A stretch of 64,000 bases of DNA from Candidatus Thorarchaeota archaeon (GTDB taxonomy: Archaea; Asgardarchaeota; Thorarchaeia; Thorarchaeales; Thorarchaeaceae): contig PRDI01000075.1 of assembly GCA_003345595.1 (NCBI GenBank), positions 11,276 to 75,275 of the forward strand. The letters are read 5' to 3'. Position 1 is the stretch's first letter. Each line of letters starts with the position of its first letter. The notes under the pieces are model-generated. The model saw only the letters and a program-made list of their open reading frames with translations. It was not told the DNA's origin and made no database searches. A program made the position numbers and the translations under genes. Below are positions 37,943-48,372 of the stretch, piece by piece.

Positions 37943-38582
37943 CTCTGGCGCGCTCCTCGAAGTCCCTCAGCTCTCCTATGAGCTTGGACTGTTGTACGCC
38001 GGCGGTGAGATCTCCGCGGGTTCGTTCCACGAGCGACCTAGCGACATCGCACTTTCTGCGAAGGTCCGGGACCAAGGCATTTGGGAAGTCGAATGATAAT
38101 AGCCCCTCTAAGGTTTCTTCCATAAATCCCAAGAGTTGCTCAGCCCGCTCGACCTCGTCTGCGCGTAGAGAGTCGAGTACTGCCCTTCTGAGTTCTCCAA
38201 TCGCATCTGCGAGCCCTGTAAGGAATGGCCTGATAGGTATGCCATGCTGCTGAGGTGGAGTGAACGTGCCCTCACTAAGTAGAGAAACCACGTTTGCCGC
38301 CTCTGCTATCTCTTGGTAAGCGCTGTCCAACAGTCTAGAGGAAAGCATGAACTCGCTCTGTGAGCACTCTCTGCTTGCCTCGGTCAGGATGTCTTGGGCT
38401 TCATAGACCAGCCCAGATGCATCAGCATACTCTCTTCTGTGTGCGCACTTCACTGACTCGGCACACTTTCTTACAGCCTCTCTTGCCAGAGGTAGGACTC
38501 TCTCACGAATGTGATCATCGTTCTCAATCTCAGTCTTGAGGGGTTCTAGAATCCTGTCAAGCTCCATATGGTCCACCATCAC
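37926..38582 (-). CDS. Translin/TRAX family protein
   Basis: RE.VL.LARE, QEIAEA, GLADAIGELRR, LRRKCD. Confidence 0.9.
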   Translation of the reverse strand: MMVDHMELDRILEPLKTEIENDDHIRERVLPLAREAVRKCAESVKCAHRREYADASGLVYEAQDILTEASRECSQSEFMLSSRLLDSAYQEIAEAANVVSLLSEGTFTPPQQHGIPIRPFLTGLADAIGELRRAVLDSLRADEVERAEQLLGFMEETLEGLLSFDFPNALVPDLRRKCDVARSLVERTRGDLTAGVQQSKLIGELRDFEERARDERKR

Positions 38583-39550
38583 AGTGACTGTATACTCTCT
38601 GGATGCCGCTCTCGAGATAGAAGCACAACACGGCTTTCAACTTGTTCATCGAGAGTGATATATCCAGTGATTGCTGATATCTTCTCTGCAAACGCACGTA
38701 TGTCTTGGTGAGAGGGAACGTTGTGGAGGCTCAGCCTTCCTCTTGATGAGCCTAGGGGCATGTACCCCTTAACCTCCACGAAGTCTGGGTTTCCCTTCAG
38801 AATCATGCTTCCATAGGCCCTTGGATTGTGCATGTTGCGGCCTGAAACCATTGTGAGTCTGTTGACACGTCTGCAGTTGAGTGACCTGAGCAAGTCCTGC
38901 GTTTCGTTGATTAGCTCCCACGAATGGGGATCCGCTGGTCTGCACAGAAACCTGTAGGTCTGTTCATCGGGTGCGGCAAGTGTGACGTACAACTGAGTGG
39001 GGAGTGACATTTCTCTTATGACCTCGGGGCGCGTACCATTAGTAACGAGGAATGATGTCATCTTTCGATGACGAATCTCATCAATCAATAGCCCAATCAT
39101 AGGATACAGAGTAGGTTCTCCGGACAGTGAAATAGCCACATGCTTTGGGTTGCGTGCCTCCTTGTACTTGCTCTCCGGGACCCTTGCGCCCGCTTCGGGA
39201 TTGTAGCCTCCCAGTGCTCGCTGGTTCGCCATCAATGCGGCATCCAAGAGCTCTCGTGGAGGTAGCGCATCCTCTTCCGCCACTTCTGTCTGATTCCAAG
39301 CAATGCCAACGTCAGTCGGCGTCACGCGCCAACAGAACTCACATTGCTGAGTACACTTGTCGACCAGTGGAGTCATCTGGACGCATCTGTGCGACTCAAT
39401 CCCGTAGAATCGCTGTTTGTAACAGACATCACCAAAGAGGAGGCTCTTCTTCTGCCACTGACAGGCCTTGAATGCTCCTCTCTCCCCAAGAATGTCATAC
39501 CCCTGATGCTCAAGCTTCTCCCTGAGCTGGGCCGGCATCTCAGTACTCAA
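38579..39550 (-). CDS. taw1: 4-demethylwyosine synthase Taw1/TYW1
   Basis: CYKQRFYGIESHRCVQMTP, CTQQCEFCWR, HVAISLSGEPTLYP, FVEVKGYM. Confidence 0.95.
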   Translation of the reverse strand: MSTEMPAQLREKLEHQGYDILGERGAFKACQWQKKSLLFGDVCYKQRFYGIESHRCVQMTPLVDKCTQQCEFCWRVTPTDVGIAWNQTEVAEEDALPPRELLDAALMANQRALGGYNPEAGARVPESKYKEARNPKHVAISLSGEPTLYPMIGLLIDEIRHRKMTSFLVTNGTRPEVIREMSLPTQLYVTLAAPDEQTYRFLCRPADPHSWELINETQDLLRSLNCRRVNRLTMVSGRNMHNPRAYGSMILKGNPDFVEVKGYMPLGSSRGRLSLHNVPSHQDIRAFAEKISAITGYITLDEQVESRVVLLSRERHPESIQSL

Positions 39551-39648
39551 GTTCGGCTCTCCTAGTTCAGAAAGGCTGGTATCTTATGAGCCTTTGGCAA
39601 TAGTCACCGATTCAGAAGCCTTTGTTCAGATATGGACCCAATTCACGC

Positions 39649-40914
39649 TCATATACATCGAGAGGACAGCTTCTGGGCCAAGCGCTCCTGTGTGCCCCAT
39701 GACCCAGTGAGGTATCCCCGTTTAGCAAGTCTACCCAACGTTGTTCTTGTTTCTTCACTAAGGTGACCCGGCGGCATGTTCTCATAGGCGCTTCCGGGTA
39801 ATGGCAGGAACACGTGTGCGTGAATCTTTGCGCCCATCTCTATCAGAGTCAGACATGTTTCTATGTTAGCCCTCACATCGTCGTCCCTCTCACCGGGTAG
39901 ACCGAAGATCATATCCACATGAGGCACAAAACCGCTGTCCAGAGTCGTCCTGACAGCCATCATACCCTCCTCGACAGTATGCTTTCTGTTGATGGCTTCC
40001 AGAATGCGGTCACTACCCGACTGCAGCCCTATCTGGAGAGTTTCGTTGGATACGTATCGTCGCAGTATCTGCAGAGTGTCACGAGTTACAAAGTCGGGTC
40101 TCACTTCTGAGGGGAAGGCTCCGAAGAACACTTCCTCAAGCCCCTCTATCGAGGTTGTTTCGCTTAGGAGTTGTTTCAGTTTCTCTGGTGCCGCACGTCC
40201 TCCTGAACCCCCAAAGGAGAGGGCGTTCGGAGACAGGAACCAGGTCCGCTTGAAGTTCCTCTTCTGAACTGCAAGACGAAGCCAACTGACTATGGACTCC
40301 ACGGACCTGTGTTTCACTGTTCCTCCAGCGAGGAAGGGGGTGCAACAGAACTTACATGCGAAAGGACAGCCACGGGTAACCTCGACGGGACCGACAATGT
40401 TTAGGTCCAGTGCAAACGGTGGATAGTCGTCGAGATTCACTTTCGGTAAATCGCGGGGCTTTGGGTATGTTTCCATATGCTCAGACACCACACCCTCCAC
40501 TCCTCTCACATCACTTCCATTCATCAATCGCCATACCATCTCTGGAAAGGCCCGTTCGCCCTCACCAATCAAGACATGATCGAATCCAGCGTCAATCAAC
40601 TCCCAAGGTCTTGCACTCGCATGTGGTCCTCCTGCGAGCAGAGTCACTGTGTTCCCAAACTGACTGCGGATTTCCCTGACCTCGTCAGATACTCGATCCA
40701 CCTGTGTCGACATGACGGAGTATGCGACTGTGACGTGCCCCTGTCTGAGATACTTCTTGATAATCTCGTTTGGAGGAATGGGGGGTGCAAGGACTCTCAG
40801 ACTGCTCAGTTTCGGGTCTGACTCAAGTGCACCAAGCAGGGCGGCTGCACTATAGCGCGATTGTTGGTAGAAGCGGAAAATCAGTGTGTGGTCAAACACG
40901 TGTCGCACGCGCAC
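39649..40914 (-). CDS. B12-binding domain radical SAM protein (TIGR04013-like)
   Basis: GGPHAS, GEGE, EVTRGCPFACKFC, FPSEVRPD. Confidence 0.9.
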   Translation of the reverse strand: MRVRHVFDHTLIFRFYQQSRYSAAALLGALESDPKLSSLRVLAPPIPPNEIIKKYLRQGHVTVAYSVMSTQVDRVSDEVREIRSQFGNTVTLLAGGPHASARPWELIDAGFDHVLIGEGERAFPEMVWRLMNGSDVRGVEGVVSEHMETYPKPRDLPKVNLDDYPPFALDLNIVGPVEVTRGCPFACKFCCTPFLAGGTVKHRSVESIVSWLRLAVQKRNFKRTWFLSPNALSFGGSGGRAAPEKLKQLLSETTSIEGLEEVFFGAFPSEVRPDFVTRDTLQILRRYVSNETLQIGLQSGSDRILEAINRKHTVEEGMMAVRTTLDSGFVPHVDMIFGLPGERDDDVRANIETCLTLIEMGAKIHAHVFLPLPGSAYENMPPGHLSEETRTTLGRLAKRGYLTGSWGTQERLAQKLSSRCI

Positions 40915-41510
40915 TAGTTGAGTACTTTCTCCTGTACTCCTTCTTTCGTGACAGACATGATCCGGATGTCACCACCAGACTGGACGTCCCGTGCAATCCC
41001 TGCCTTGACTGCCTTCACTGCTACATCTTCTGCCTCTTTCACAGTAAGCCCCTGTTTGTACTCTCTCTCAAGAACACCGTATGCCATCTGCATTCCTGAC
41101 CCTGCAGCGGTGTACTCGTCAGGAATCAATGAACCACCCATGTCCAGGGTATAGAGGGCAGGGCCATTCTTGTCGACACCTACAATCACCGTTTGGACGT
41201 AGAGCGGGTCGACTCTTCTCGCGTAAAGCGTGTTTGCTACTATCTTGGAGAGCGTCTTCACTGTGATCGGTTTCTTCTCACTGAGTTCATACAGTTTGAT
41301 CTGAACGTGAAGGCGGTTGACGAGCATCTGGTAGTCAGAGGTCAGTCCGGCGGAAGCCAAGACAATAGTGTCTGTAAGCTTGAATGCCTTGATGCCTTTC
41401 TCGCTCAAGACGAATGTACCCCAGCTCACCAATGAATCTGTTGCCACTATTGCTCCGTCGCTGCACTTGATGCCGACAACGGTCGCGCCTGTTGGTATTG
41501 ACATTGTCAA
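40914..41510 (-). CDS. psmB: Proteasome beta subunit (probably non-catalytic)
   Basis: GATVVGI, SAGL.SD, GSG..AYGVLE, RDVQSG; Thr1 position is Ala. Confidence 0.93.
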   Translation of the reverse strand: MTMSIPTGATVVGIKCSDGAIVATDSLVSWGTFVLSEKGIKAFKLTDTIVLASAGLTSDYQMLVNRLHVQIKLYELSEKKPITVKTLSKIVANTLYARRVDPLYVQTVIVGVDKNGPALYTLDMGGSLIPDEYTAAGSGMQMAYGVLEREYKQGLTVKEAEDVAVKAVKAGIARDVQSGGDIRIMSVTKEGVQEKVLN

Positions 41511-41621
41511 GATGCCTCCGTCCGAGGAACTCTGGTACAGCTATGGTCAATTACGGTCCTTTTAAAACGCTTTTGAACTGTTCCTATCAGCACCAGACAT
41601 GCCTTAGGAGTAGTTTCTCAA

Positions 41622-42698
41622 GTGCCATCTCTGAATCCATTCACAGACATTCCAGTATTGATGACCTCGGAGGAGATAATCGAATATGCGCACAACAGAT
41701 CAGTGAGAAAGAGTGCGAAGAGTCCCGTACGGATGTCCAAGCTTGAGAAGACTCGCATAAGGGAGATAGCTAGGACTCAGGAGTTCACCAAGCAAGTGAG
41801 GGCTAAGCTAAAGGCGACCGTTGAGTCCTTTCCGTCTCTGGACCGACTCCATCCGTTCTATCTCGAGTTGACTGAGATACTCATAGGTGTGGACAAGTTG
41901 AAACAAGCACTGGGAGCCATTTTCAACTGCATTGGCCCGATAGATAGGATAGCAGACTCACAGATTGCAGCCATGAAGCGTGCAGACGAACTCGGTGAGA
42001 TCAAGAAGTTGCGGAGCGCCACAAAAGGACGCATCTCCTCAATCGTACGTGGAACAGCCAATAACCTCGACACGGTCATTGAGGCAAGAAAGGTCTTGAG
42101 TGGTTTGCCCGGAGTGAATCCGAGTTCGCCCACAGTCGTGTGTGCAGGTTTTCCCAATGTGGGTAAGTCTACTCTCGTGAAGGCGGTTTCGACGGCGGAA
42201 CCCGAGATTGCCTATTATCCATTCACAACTCGTGAGGTGATAATCGGACACATGACTGTAGACAACCAAGTCATTCAGGTGGTTGACACGCCGGGCATCC
42301 TAGACCGGCCGATGAGTCAGAGAAATCAGATTGAGAGGCAGGCCATTGCCGCCCTGAAGTATCTCGCGAGTGTCATCATATTCATGATGGACCCATCAGA
42401 GGCTTGCGGGTGGACTTTCGACGAACAGATTCATCTGCATGATGAGGTACGTAGAATGTTTCCGGTGAACCCTGTCATCGTTGTGTTCAACAAAGTGGAC
42501 ATAACCCCTCAGGATCGTCTTGAGGCAGCAAGAGCAAGGATTCCCGGGGCCCGCGAGATTGTGGCTTCACAAGGGATCGGCCTCCAAGAGCTCATGAGAG
42601 AGGTAATTGAAGCCGTGGATTTGTCGTCACTGCAGGAAGTCATAGACGCGTACCTTTCAGCGCTGCCCAAGAGCGAATCCCATTCCTCGGATGCGTAA
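41622..42698 (+). CDS. Nog1-family GTPase
   Basis: FPSLDRLHPFY, GFPNVGKS, YPFTT, DTPGILDRP, NKVD. Confidence 0.93.
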   Translation: MPSLNPFTDIPVLMTSEEIIEYAHNRSVRKSAKSPVRMSKLEKTRIREIARTQEFTKQVRAKLKATVESFPSLDRLHPFYLELTEILIGVDKLKQALGAIFNCIGPIDRIADSQIAAMKRADELGEIKKLRSATKGRISSIVRGTANNLDTVIEARKVLSGLPGVNPSSPTVVCAGFPNVGKSTLVKAVSTAEPEIAYYPFTTREVIIGHMTVDNQVIQVVDTPGILDRPMSQRNQIERQAIAALKYLASVIIFMMDPSEACGWTFDEQIHLHDEVRRMFPVNPVIVVFNKVDITPQDRLEAARARIPGAREIVASQGIGLQELMREVIEAVDLSSLQEVIDAYLSALPKSESHSSDA

Positions 42699-43727
42699 CA
42701 CTCCTGGTCCTCCGACTTCTCCTTCAATCTCTGCATTAACACCCAAGATATGCTGAGCGACCCAGACGTTAGTTTCTAGATGCGATGTCACTTCGGTCAC
42801 TCCAATCCGACTATCTCCTGATGCCACAGCCATGTATGGCACCAGCATGTCACTCAGGTGTGAATCAACGGCTTTTCCTGCGGAAAGCTCGTGAATGAGA
42901 TCATGAGCTGCCTCCGAACCAACATTCTCAGCACTCTTCCCTCTCTCTCCCAAGCTATCAGAACCTAGCCTGACACCGTTTTCCGACTCTGCCCAGAGTA
43001 CAATACCGCTACCTGGCCCCAGATGTGGATCCCTAGCTTTGGGATACGTTTCTCGTGAGATATTGACTCTCTGAATGCTGTGACTGCGTAGCATCTGTTC
43101 TGCAGATGCCGCCTGTCTCTCGGCCACATGCGATGGAAGTTTAACACAGTGGGACACTCCGCCTATCTCCCTAAGGCGTCCGAACTCAATCAGCTCAAGT
43201 GGCGAAACCACTCGGACTGAGCCTATTGTGCACGAAACCCTGCCTCCTCCTGCAGGGTAATGACCACGCTGTTCCTGCACCAATTTTACTACCGGCCCCA
43301 TACGTCGAAGCGTGTACAGGAACACTTCGCGCAGATAATCGACAGGGGGACTCCAAGCGACATCAGTGCCGCCCACTAAATGAAAGCTGATGGGGTCGTT
43401 AGACAGAATTGCAGGCGGCAGGACTGTCTGAAGAACAAGCGATATTGACCCTGCTGTTCCAACGTCAAATACGAAATCGCCGCCGCCTCTCCGGACGGGT
43501 TCAAACCGGACTTCAGTGCTACCTACTTTCAGACCACTCACTTTTGCACTAACGATTCTTGCAGCCAGTTCCACTCCTGCAATGTGCTGGCTCTTCAGGC
43601 CGGGATCTGGCCTGTTTGCACGTATGTTGAATACTCTCACCGGCCGCATGGCAAGTGCTGACAACGAGACTGCTGTGCGCAGTATTTGCCCACCGCCCTC
43701 GCCATGGGAACCATCAACGTCAATCAT
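42657..43727 (-). CDS. rtcA: RNA 3'-terminal phosphate cyclase
   Basis: DGSHGEGGGQILRT, GGTDV, RGHYPAGGG, VDSHLSD, TSHLETN. Confidence 0.95.
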   Translation of the reverse strand: MIDVDGSHGEGGGQILRTAVSLSALAMRPVRVFNIRANRPDPGLKSQHIAGVELAARIVSAKVSGLKVGSTEVRFEPVRRGGGDFVFDVGTAGSISLVLQTVLPPAILSNDPISFHLVGGTDVAWSPPVDYLREVFLYTLRRMGPVVKLVQEQRGHYPAGGGRVSCTIGSVRVVSPLELIEFGRLREIGGVSHCVKLPSHVAERQAASAEQMLRSHSIQRVNISRETYPKARDPHLGPGSGIVLWAESENGVRLGSDSLGERGKSAENVGSEAAHDLIHELSAGKAVDSHLSDMLVPYMAVASGDSRIGVTEVTSHLETNVWVAQHILGVNAEIEGEVGGPGVLRIRGMGFALGQR

Positions 43728-43882
43728 ACTGGTTCACTTGTGGACGACGGGATGTGTCGGTGGTTAAGGTCTTTGGTGCTTAAACTGCTGCTGACAAGGA
43801 GCAAGGTTGTTCAACGTTTCCTGAGTTGTGCACGAGGTCCCAACGCTTATTTGCCATTTGAGTCACAGGTCGACGGATTGAG

Positions 43883-44404
43883 ATGCGGTCACTGTTTGTA
43901 GGGCGTTTTCAGCCGTTACACAAGGGTCACATATACACTGTCAAACAGATAATCGACAGAGGAGAAGACCTAGTCATTGCCATAGGCAGTGCTCAGTACT
44001 CCCATACTCCCGACAACCCCTTCACGGGAGGCGAGAGGCTGATGTTCTGGAAACGCGCCATCATAGATGAAGGTCTCCCGCTTGAGCGTATTGACATTGT
44101 ACCGGTACCTGACATCGGCATCCATCCACTGTGGGTTTCGCACCTCCGGTCATTAGTACCGCACTTCGACATGGCATACAGTCACAACCCCCTTGTAAGG
44201 AGGCTTCTAAAAGATGCTGGGTTCGAAGTGGCTGAAACCGGGCTTCTTGAGCGAGGAACATACAGTGGCAGGCATATCCGGGATCTGATGAGATGGGGCG
44301 GCGAATGGGAGCCTCTGGTACCTGACGGAGTAGTAGAGATAATCAAGGGGCTCCAGCTTGACGAGCGTGTCAGGGAGATTGGTGAGGTCACAATCGTACG
44401 ATGA
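43883..44404 (+). CDS. nadM: Nicotinamide-nucleotide adenylyltransferase
   Basis: GRFQPLHKGH, IGSAQYSH..DNPFTGGER, SG..IR, WEPLVP. Confidence 0.95.
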   Translation: MRSLFVGRFQPLHKGHIYTVKQIIDRGEDLVIAIGSAQYSHTPDNPFTGGERLMFWKRAIIDEGLPLERIDIVPVPDIGIHPLWVSHLRSLVPHFDMAYSHNPLVRRLLKDAGFEVAETGLLERGTYSGRHIRDLMRWGGEWEPLVPDGVVEIIKGLQLDERVREIGEVTIVR

Positions 44405-44555
44405 AGGCCACATTCAGTATGACTTAAATACTGAAAGCTGAGGACTCTCCACTGGTGAGCGAGCGATGCTAGGTGAGCGCGTTCCGCATTATCAATAGAC
44501 CGCTTCTGAGTCCTAGCCAGTTTCTTGCATTTCAGTCAAATCAGAGGATACTACA

Positions 44556-46040
44556 ATGAGCGACGGTGAAACCCATGGGACCGAGGCTGAGGTCATATTT
44601 CACATCAGCAAGAAGGATCGGTTTCCAGACTGGTATGGAGAAATATGCAGAGTTGCAGAATTGGCTGACATAAGGTATGGTGTGAAGGGCTTCACTCCAT
44701 TCCTGCCATGGAGCGTCATGACCATGGAGGTCATGTTCGACATTCTCGAGAGAGTCCTGCAGCGCAAGGGTCACCTGCCAATGCTGTTTCCAAGTGTCAT
44801 TCCAGAGAGCAATCTGACAAGGGAAACCGAGCATGTACAGGGTTTCACTCCGCAAGTGTTCTGGATAAGCGAGTACGGTGAGGGTGTGAAGCTGGAGGAG
44901 CGGCTTGCTCTGAGACCCACAAGTGAAACCGCAATATACCCAATGTACTCCTTGTGGATTCGGAGCTGGCGCGACCTGCCTCTGAAGAGATACCAGCGGT
45001 GCACAGTATTCAGGTCAGAGGTCAAGAGTACTAGGCCTTTCCTCAGGGGTCGTGAGTTCCTGTGGATTGAAAGTCATAACGTGTTTGCCACACACGAAGA
45101 GGGTCTTGCACAAGTCAAGGAAGACCTTGAAACCACTAAGGAGGTCATCACGGAGGAGTACGGCATCCCAGTGATGGTGTTCAAGCGCACTCAATGGGAC
45201 AAATTCCCAGGAGGAGTGAACACATATGCCGCAGATACACTCATGCCAGATGGAAAAGTGCTGCAGCTGCCCTCCACACACGATCTGGGGGACAACTTCG
45301 CAAGGTCATTTGACGTGAAGTATGTGAACAAGGACAACGAAACAGTATACGCGTTTCAGACCTGCTATGGTCCTGCCATCTCCAGAATCTACGGCGGAAT
45401 GATATCGGTACACGGGGACGACAACGGTCTTCGACTGCCGTTCAAACTGGCACCATACCAGGTGGTGATTGTACCGATATTCAAAGGCAAGAACATGAAC
45501 GAGATCGTGCAGCACTGCCGTGCTATCGAGTCATCGCTGAAGGAAGCAGGAATGAGGGTCTATCTCGATGACCGCGATGCCACACCCGGTTGGAAGTACA
45601 ACTACTGGGAGATGAAAGGAGTCCCAATCAGAGTTGAGGTCGGACAGCGCGAAGTAAAGCAAGGGAAGGTGGCAGTCTTTCGCAGAGACAGAATGAGTCG
45701 CGAAACAGTTGCTCTCGAGGGTCTGACAAAGAGAGTGAGGGCACTTGGTTCCGAGATAGATCATGCGCTCAGATCCGAAGCTGAGGCGAGGTTCGAGGGT
45801 CTAGTAGTCGATGCAGAGTCACTAGGTCAAGTTGAGGACGCTCTAGACAAGGGCAAGATTGTACGAGTCCCATTCTGTACGAGCCAGATGGATGGAATGA
45901 GCTGTGGGGAGGAGATCAAGAACAAGACCGGTGGCGAAGTCCGCGGCACAAGAATCGATGTCGAGGAGAAACCCACAGGTGTCTGCGTCGTCTGCGGGAA
46001 GGTCGCACAGGAGTTTGTCTATGTGGCACGCTCATACTGA
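44556..46040 (+). CDS. proS: Proline--tRNA ligase (archaeal/eukaryotic type)
   Basis: LRPTSET, FRSE..TRPFLRGREFLW, HDLGDNF, WEMKGVPIR, C-terminal ARSY. Confidence 0.96.
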   Translation: MSDGETHGTEAEVIFHISKKDRFPDWYGEICRVAELADIRYGVKGFTPFLPWSVMTMEVMFDILERVLQRKGHLPMLFPSVIPESNLTRETEHVQGFTPQVFWISEYGEGVKLEERLALRPTSETAIYPMYSLWIRSWRDLPLKRYQRCTVFRSEVKSTRPFLRGREFLWIESHNVFATHEEGLAQVKEDLETTKEVITEEYGIPVMVFKRTQWDKFPGGVNTYAADTLMPDGKVLQLPSTHDLGDNFARSFDVKYVNKDNETVYAFQTCYGPAISRIYGGMISVHGDDNGLRLPFKLAPYQVVIVPIFKGKNMNEIVQHCRAIESSLKEAGMRVYLDDRDATPGWKYNYWEMKGVPIRVEVGQREVKQGKVAVFRRDRMSRETVALEGLTKRVRALGSEIDHALRSEAEARFEGLVVDAESLGQVEDALDKGKIVRVPFCTSQMDGMSCGEEIKNKTGGEVRGTRIDVEEKPTGVCVVCGKVAQEFVYVARSY

Positions 46041-46138
46041 GTGTTGTATGTTTCGCCAGAGTTGCTGTGACTTGGAGTAAGGCTTTAAGGAGGACCCCTC
46101 TGAGGGGTGAAGACAGTCTTGGCTCAGGGGAATCGAGA

Positions 46139-48325
46139 GTGAGCGTTTCAAACATCTCGGACATTCCAGGCGTCGGCGACAAAATCAAGAAAGCACTGAT
46201 AGACCACTTCGGGAGCGAAGCAGTCGCTCTGAAGGTGATACTGGACTCTCGTGTAGACTTGGTTGCAGCCGTGCCGGGCATCGGTGATAAGCAGGCAGTC
46301 AACATTGTGAAGGCCGCTTTCGAAACTCAGTTCGGGGCAAGTGCCAACATGATTCTTCGGAGCCCAGACCTGAGAAAGATCTTCGATTCAACTATGGACA
46401 TAATCCGAAGCTATGCCAACACGGGCTACGCTAAGGACAAGCTTCTTCTGTACTTTCCCCTTCCCCCGGAGAAGCTCGATGTGATACTTGAGCGGCAGAG
46501 ATACTTCAGTGACGCTGCAGACATGGCCCGGAAACTCAGTGCGGAACAACGCGAAACCCTGAGGAGTCTGCTCGGGCAAGTCCGTGGACTTCACAGGAAG
46601 GTCCAGCAGCGAAGGCTAGAGGGACGGGTAATAATCACTGACGACGACAAAGTGTTTGATGCACTTGTCAAGGATGGCGTTGACAAGTGGTGCCCTGTGT
46701 ATGTCCTCTCTCAGGGTGAGAGTGGTGCTGACTACGCTCAGGGCTATGACCTCGTGATGTTCATCTCACCCACAGGCGCCTATGACGAGTCCATTGACGC
46801 ACTTGACAATGTGGAGATCATAGGGAAAGGATGGACTGTTGATGACGTCCTTCCTGAGAAGACTGTAGGCTTCTATGGCAAGAACTACAGGGTGATTGAC
46901 GCTGCATGCAAGCTAGCAAAGGAGTTTGGGTCTCTCCCATCTAACGACTCCCTCGCTACCTTTCTAAAGGGGCTGGACTTTCAGAGGCTAGAAGAAGCAG
47001 GCGAGGTACTGAAATGCTTGGACGAGGAGGGCGATGTTGCGGAGGGTGTGGATCCCGAGCTCGACAGATTCAGGAAGGCTGTCAAGGCTTTTCCAACAGC
47101 AATTGCAGAAATTGAGTCTTGGCTCAATGAAGAGATCACATCGAGAATCTCGAAGAGCCAAGTCACCCTCGGGGGTCAGCAGATAATAAGCATCCTACAG
47201 TCTGCAGATGTTGAGGGAGCTGATGTCAGTGTACTAAGAAACATGCTGCCCGCCGAGATAGTCGAAACATTCACACACACTGTCCAAGAGGCCGAAGACA
47301 GGCTGGTTCAGATGCTTAGCCTGAATGCAAAAGAAGCAGACTGGGTGACAGGACTGATCGGTGAAGAGATAACCCTACCTGTCAAAATGATGACAAACAG
47401 CATAAACGAACTGGAGGACAGGTTGAGACGGATTCTCGCCGAGCGCAAGTTCAAGTTGATGAAGAAGTTCGCTGGTCAGCTTGATAAGCTTAAGACAGTC
47501 GTGACTGACGCAGTTCAAACCCTTCTGGAGTTCGACCTTTTTCTCGCTGTTGGGTTGTTTGCATGTGACTACGAGCTTCAGACACCTGACATATCCGGTG
47601 ACTATAATGGAGTGGGAGTTCAGGGCGCACGCAACCTCTTCCTTGTCGAAAACATGTTGAAGGGAAGACATGGGCCAGTCCAGCCGATTGATTATGCCAT
47701 TGGCGAAACCCCGTTTAGACCGAAAGGCACCAATGGCGAGAATTGTGCTGTTCTCTCTGGCGCCAATAGCGGCGGAAAGACAACAACAATTCAAACTCTA
47801 GCTCAGGTAGCGACTTTGGCACAGACAGGTCTACCTGTTCCTGCGAGGAAGGCATACATTAAGGTGTTCGAAGAGATATACTTCTTCTACAAGAGCCGGG
47901 GCGTGGTCAGTGCAGGTGCGTTTGAAACCACTTTGAAGCAGTTCGCAGAGATTGTGGTTTCTAACAAGTCTAAGTTAGCTTTGTTTGATGAAATCGAGGC
48001 AATCACAGAGCCGGGCAGTGCGGCAAATGTGATAGCCGGACTGATTGAGATCCTGCAGCGAGACCCTAAGAGTTGCACAGTCATCTGCAGCCATTTGTCC
48101 CGTGAGATAAAGGAGGTCACCAATGTGCCCGTGAGGATAGATGGCATAGAGGCCCGAGGTCTCGATGAGAATCTCGATCTGATAGTGGACAGAACTCCTC
48201 GGTTTGGTGTCATTGCGCGAAGCACACCCGAGCTGATTGTCGAACGTCTTGCCAAGCTCTCCAAGGGTGAGAAGAAGGAGGTCTACCTGAAGATTCTCGA
48301 GAATCTGGGTAGAGCACACCCATAG
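46139..48325 (+). CDS. Archaeal MutS-like ATPase with N-terminal HhH motifs
   Basis: IPGVG/VPGIG HhH; SGANSGGKTT, SAGAFE, DEIE, SH; no mismatch-binding or Smr domain seen; likely GTG start. Confidence 0.85.
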   Translation: MSVSNISDIPGVGDKIKKALIDHFGSEAVALKVILDSRVDLVAAVPGIGDKQAVNIVKAAFETQFGASANMILRSPDLRKIFDSTMDIIRSYANTGYAKDKLLLYFPLPPEKLDVILERQRYFSDAADMARKLSAEQRETLRSLLGQVRGLHRKVQQRRLEGRVIITDDDKVFDALVKDGVDKWCPVYVLSQGESGADYAQGYDLVMFISPTGAYDESIDALDNVEIIGKGWTVDDVLPEKTVGFYGKNYRVIDAACKLAKEFGSLPSNDSLATFLKGLDFQRLEEAGEVLKCLDEEGDVAEGVDPELDRFRKAVKAFPTAIAEIESWLNEEITSRISKSQVTLGGQQIISILQSADVEGADVSVLRNMLPAEIVETFTHTVQEAEDRLVQMLSLNAKEADWVTGLIGEEITLPVKMMTNSINELEDRLRRILAERKFKLMKKFAGQLDKLKTVVTDAVQTLLEFDLFLAVGLFACDYELQTPDISGDYNGVGVQGARNLFLVENMLKGRHGPVQPIDYAIGETPFRPKGTNGENCAVLSGANSGGKTTTIQTLAQVATLAQTGLPVPARKAYIKVFEEIYFFYKSRGVVSAGAFETTLKQFAEIVVSNKSKLALFDEIEAITEPGSAANVIAGLIEILQRDPKSCTVICSHLSREIKEVTNVPVRIDGIEARGLDENLDLIVDRTPRFGVIARSTPELIVERLAKLSKGEKKEVYLKILENLGRAHP

Positions 48326-48372
48326 TGTTTCTGTGACATATGCTAATCGTTACCTAGCAGGGAGGACAAACA

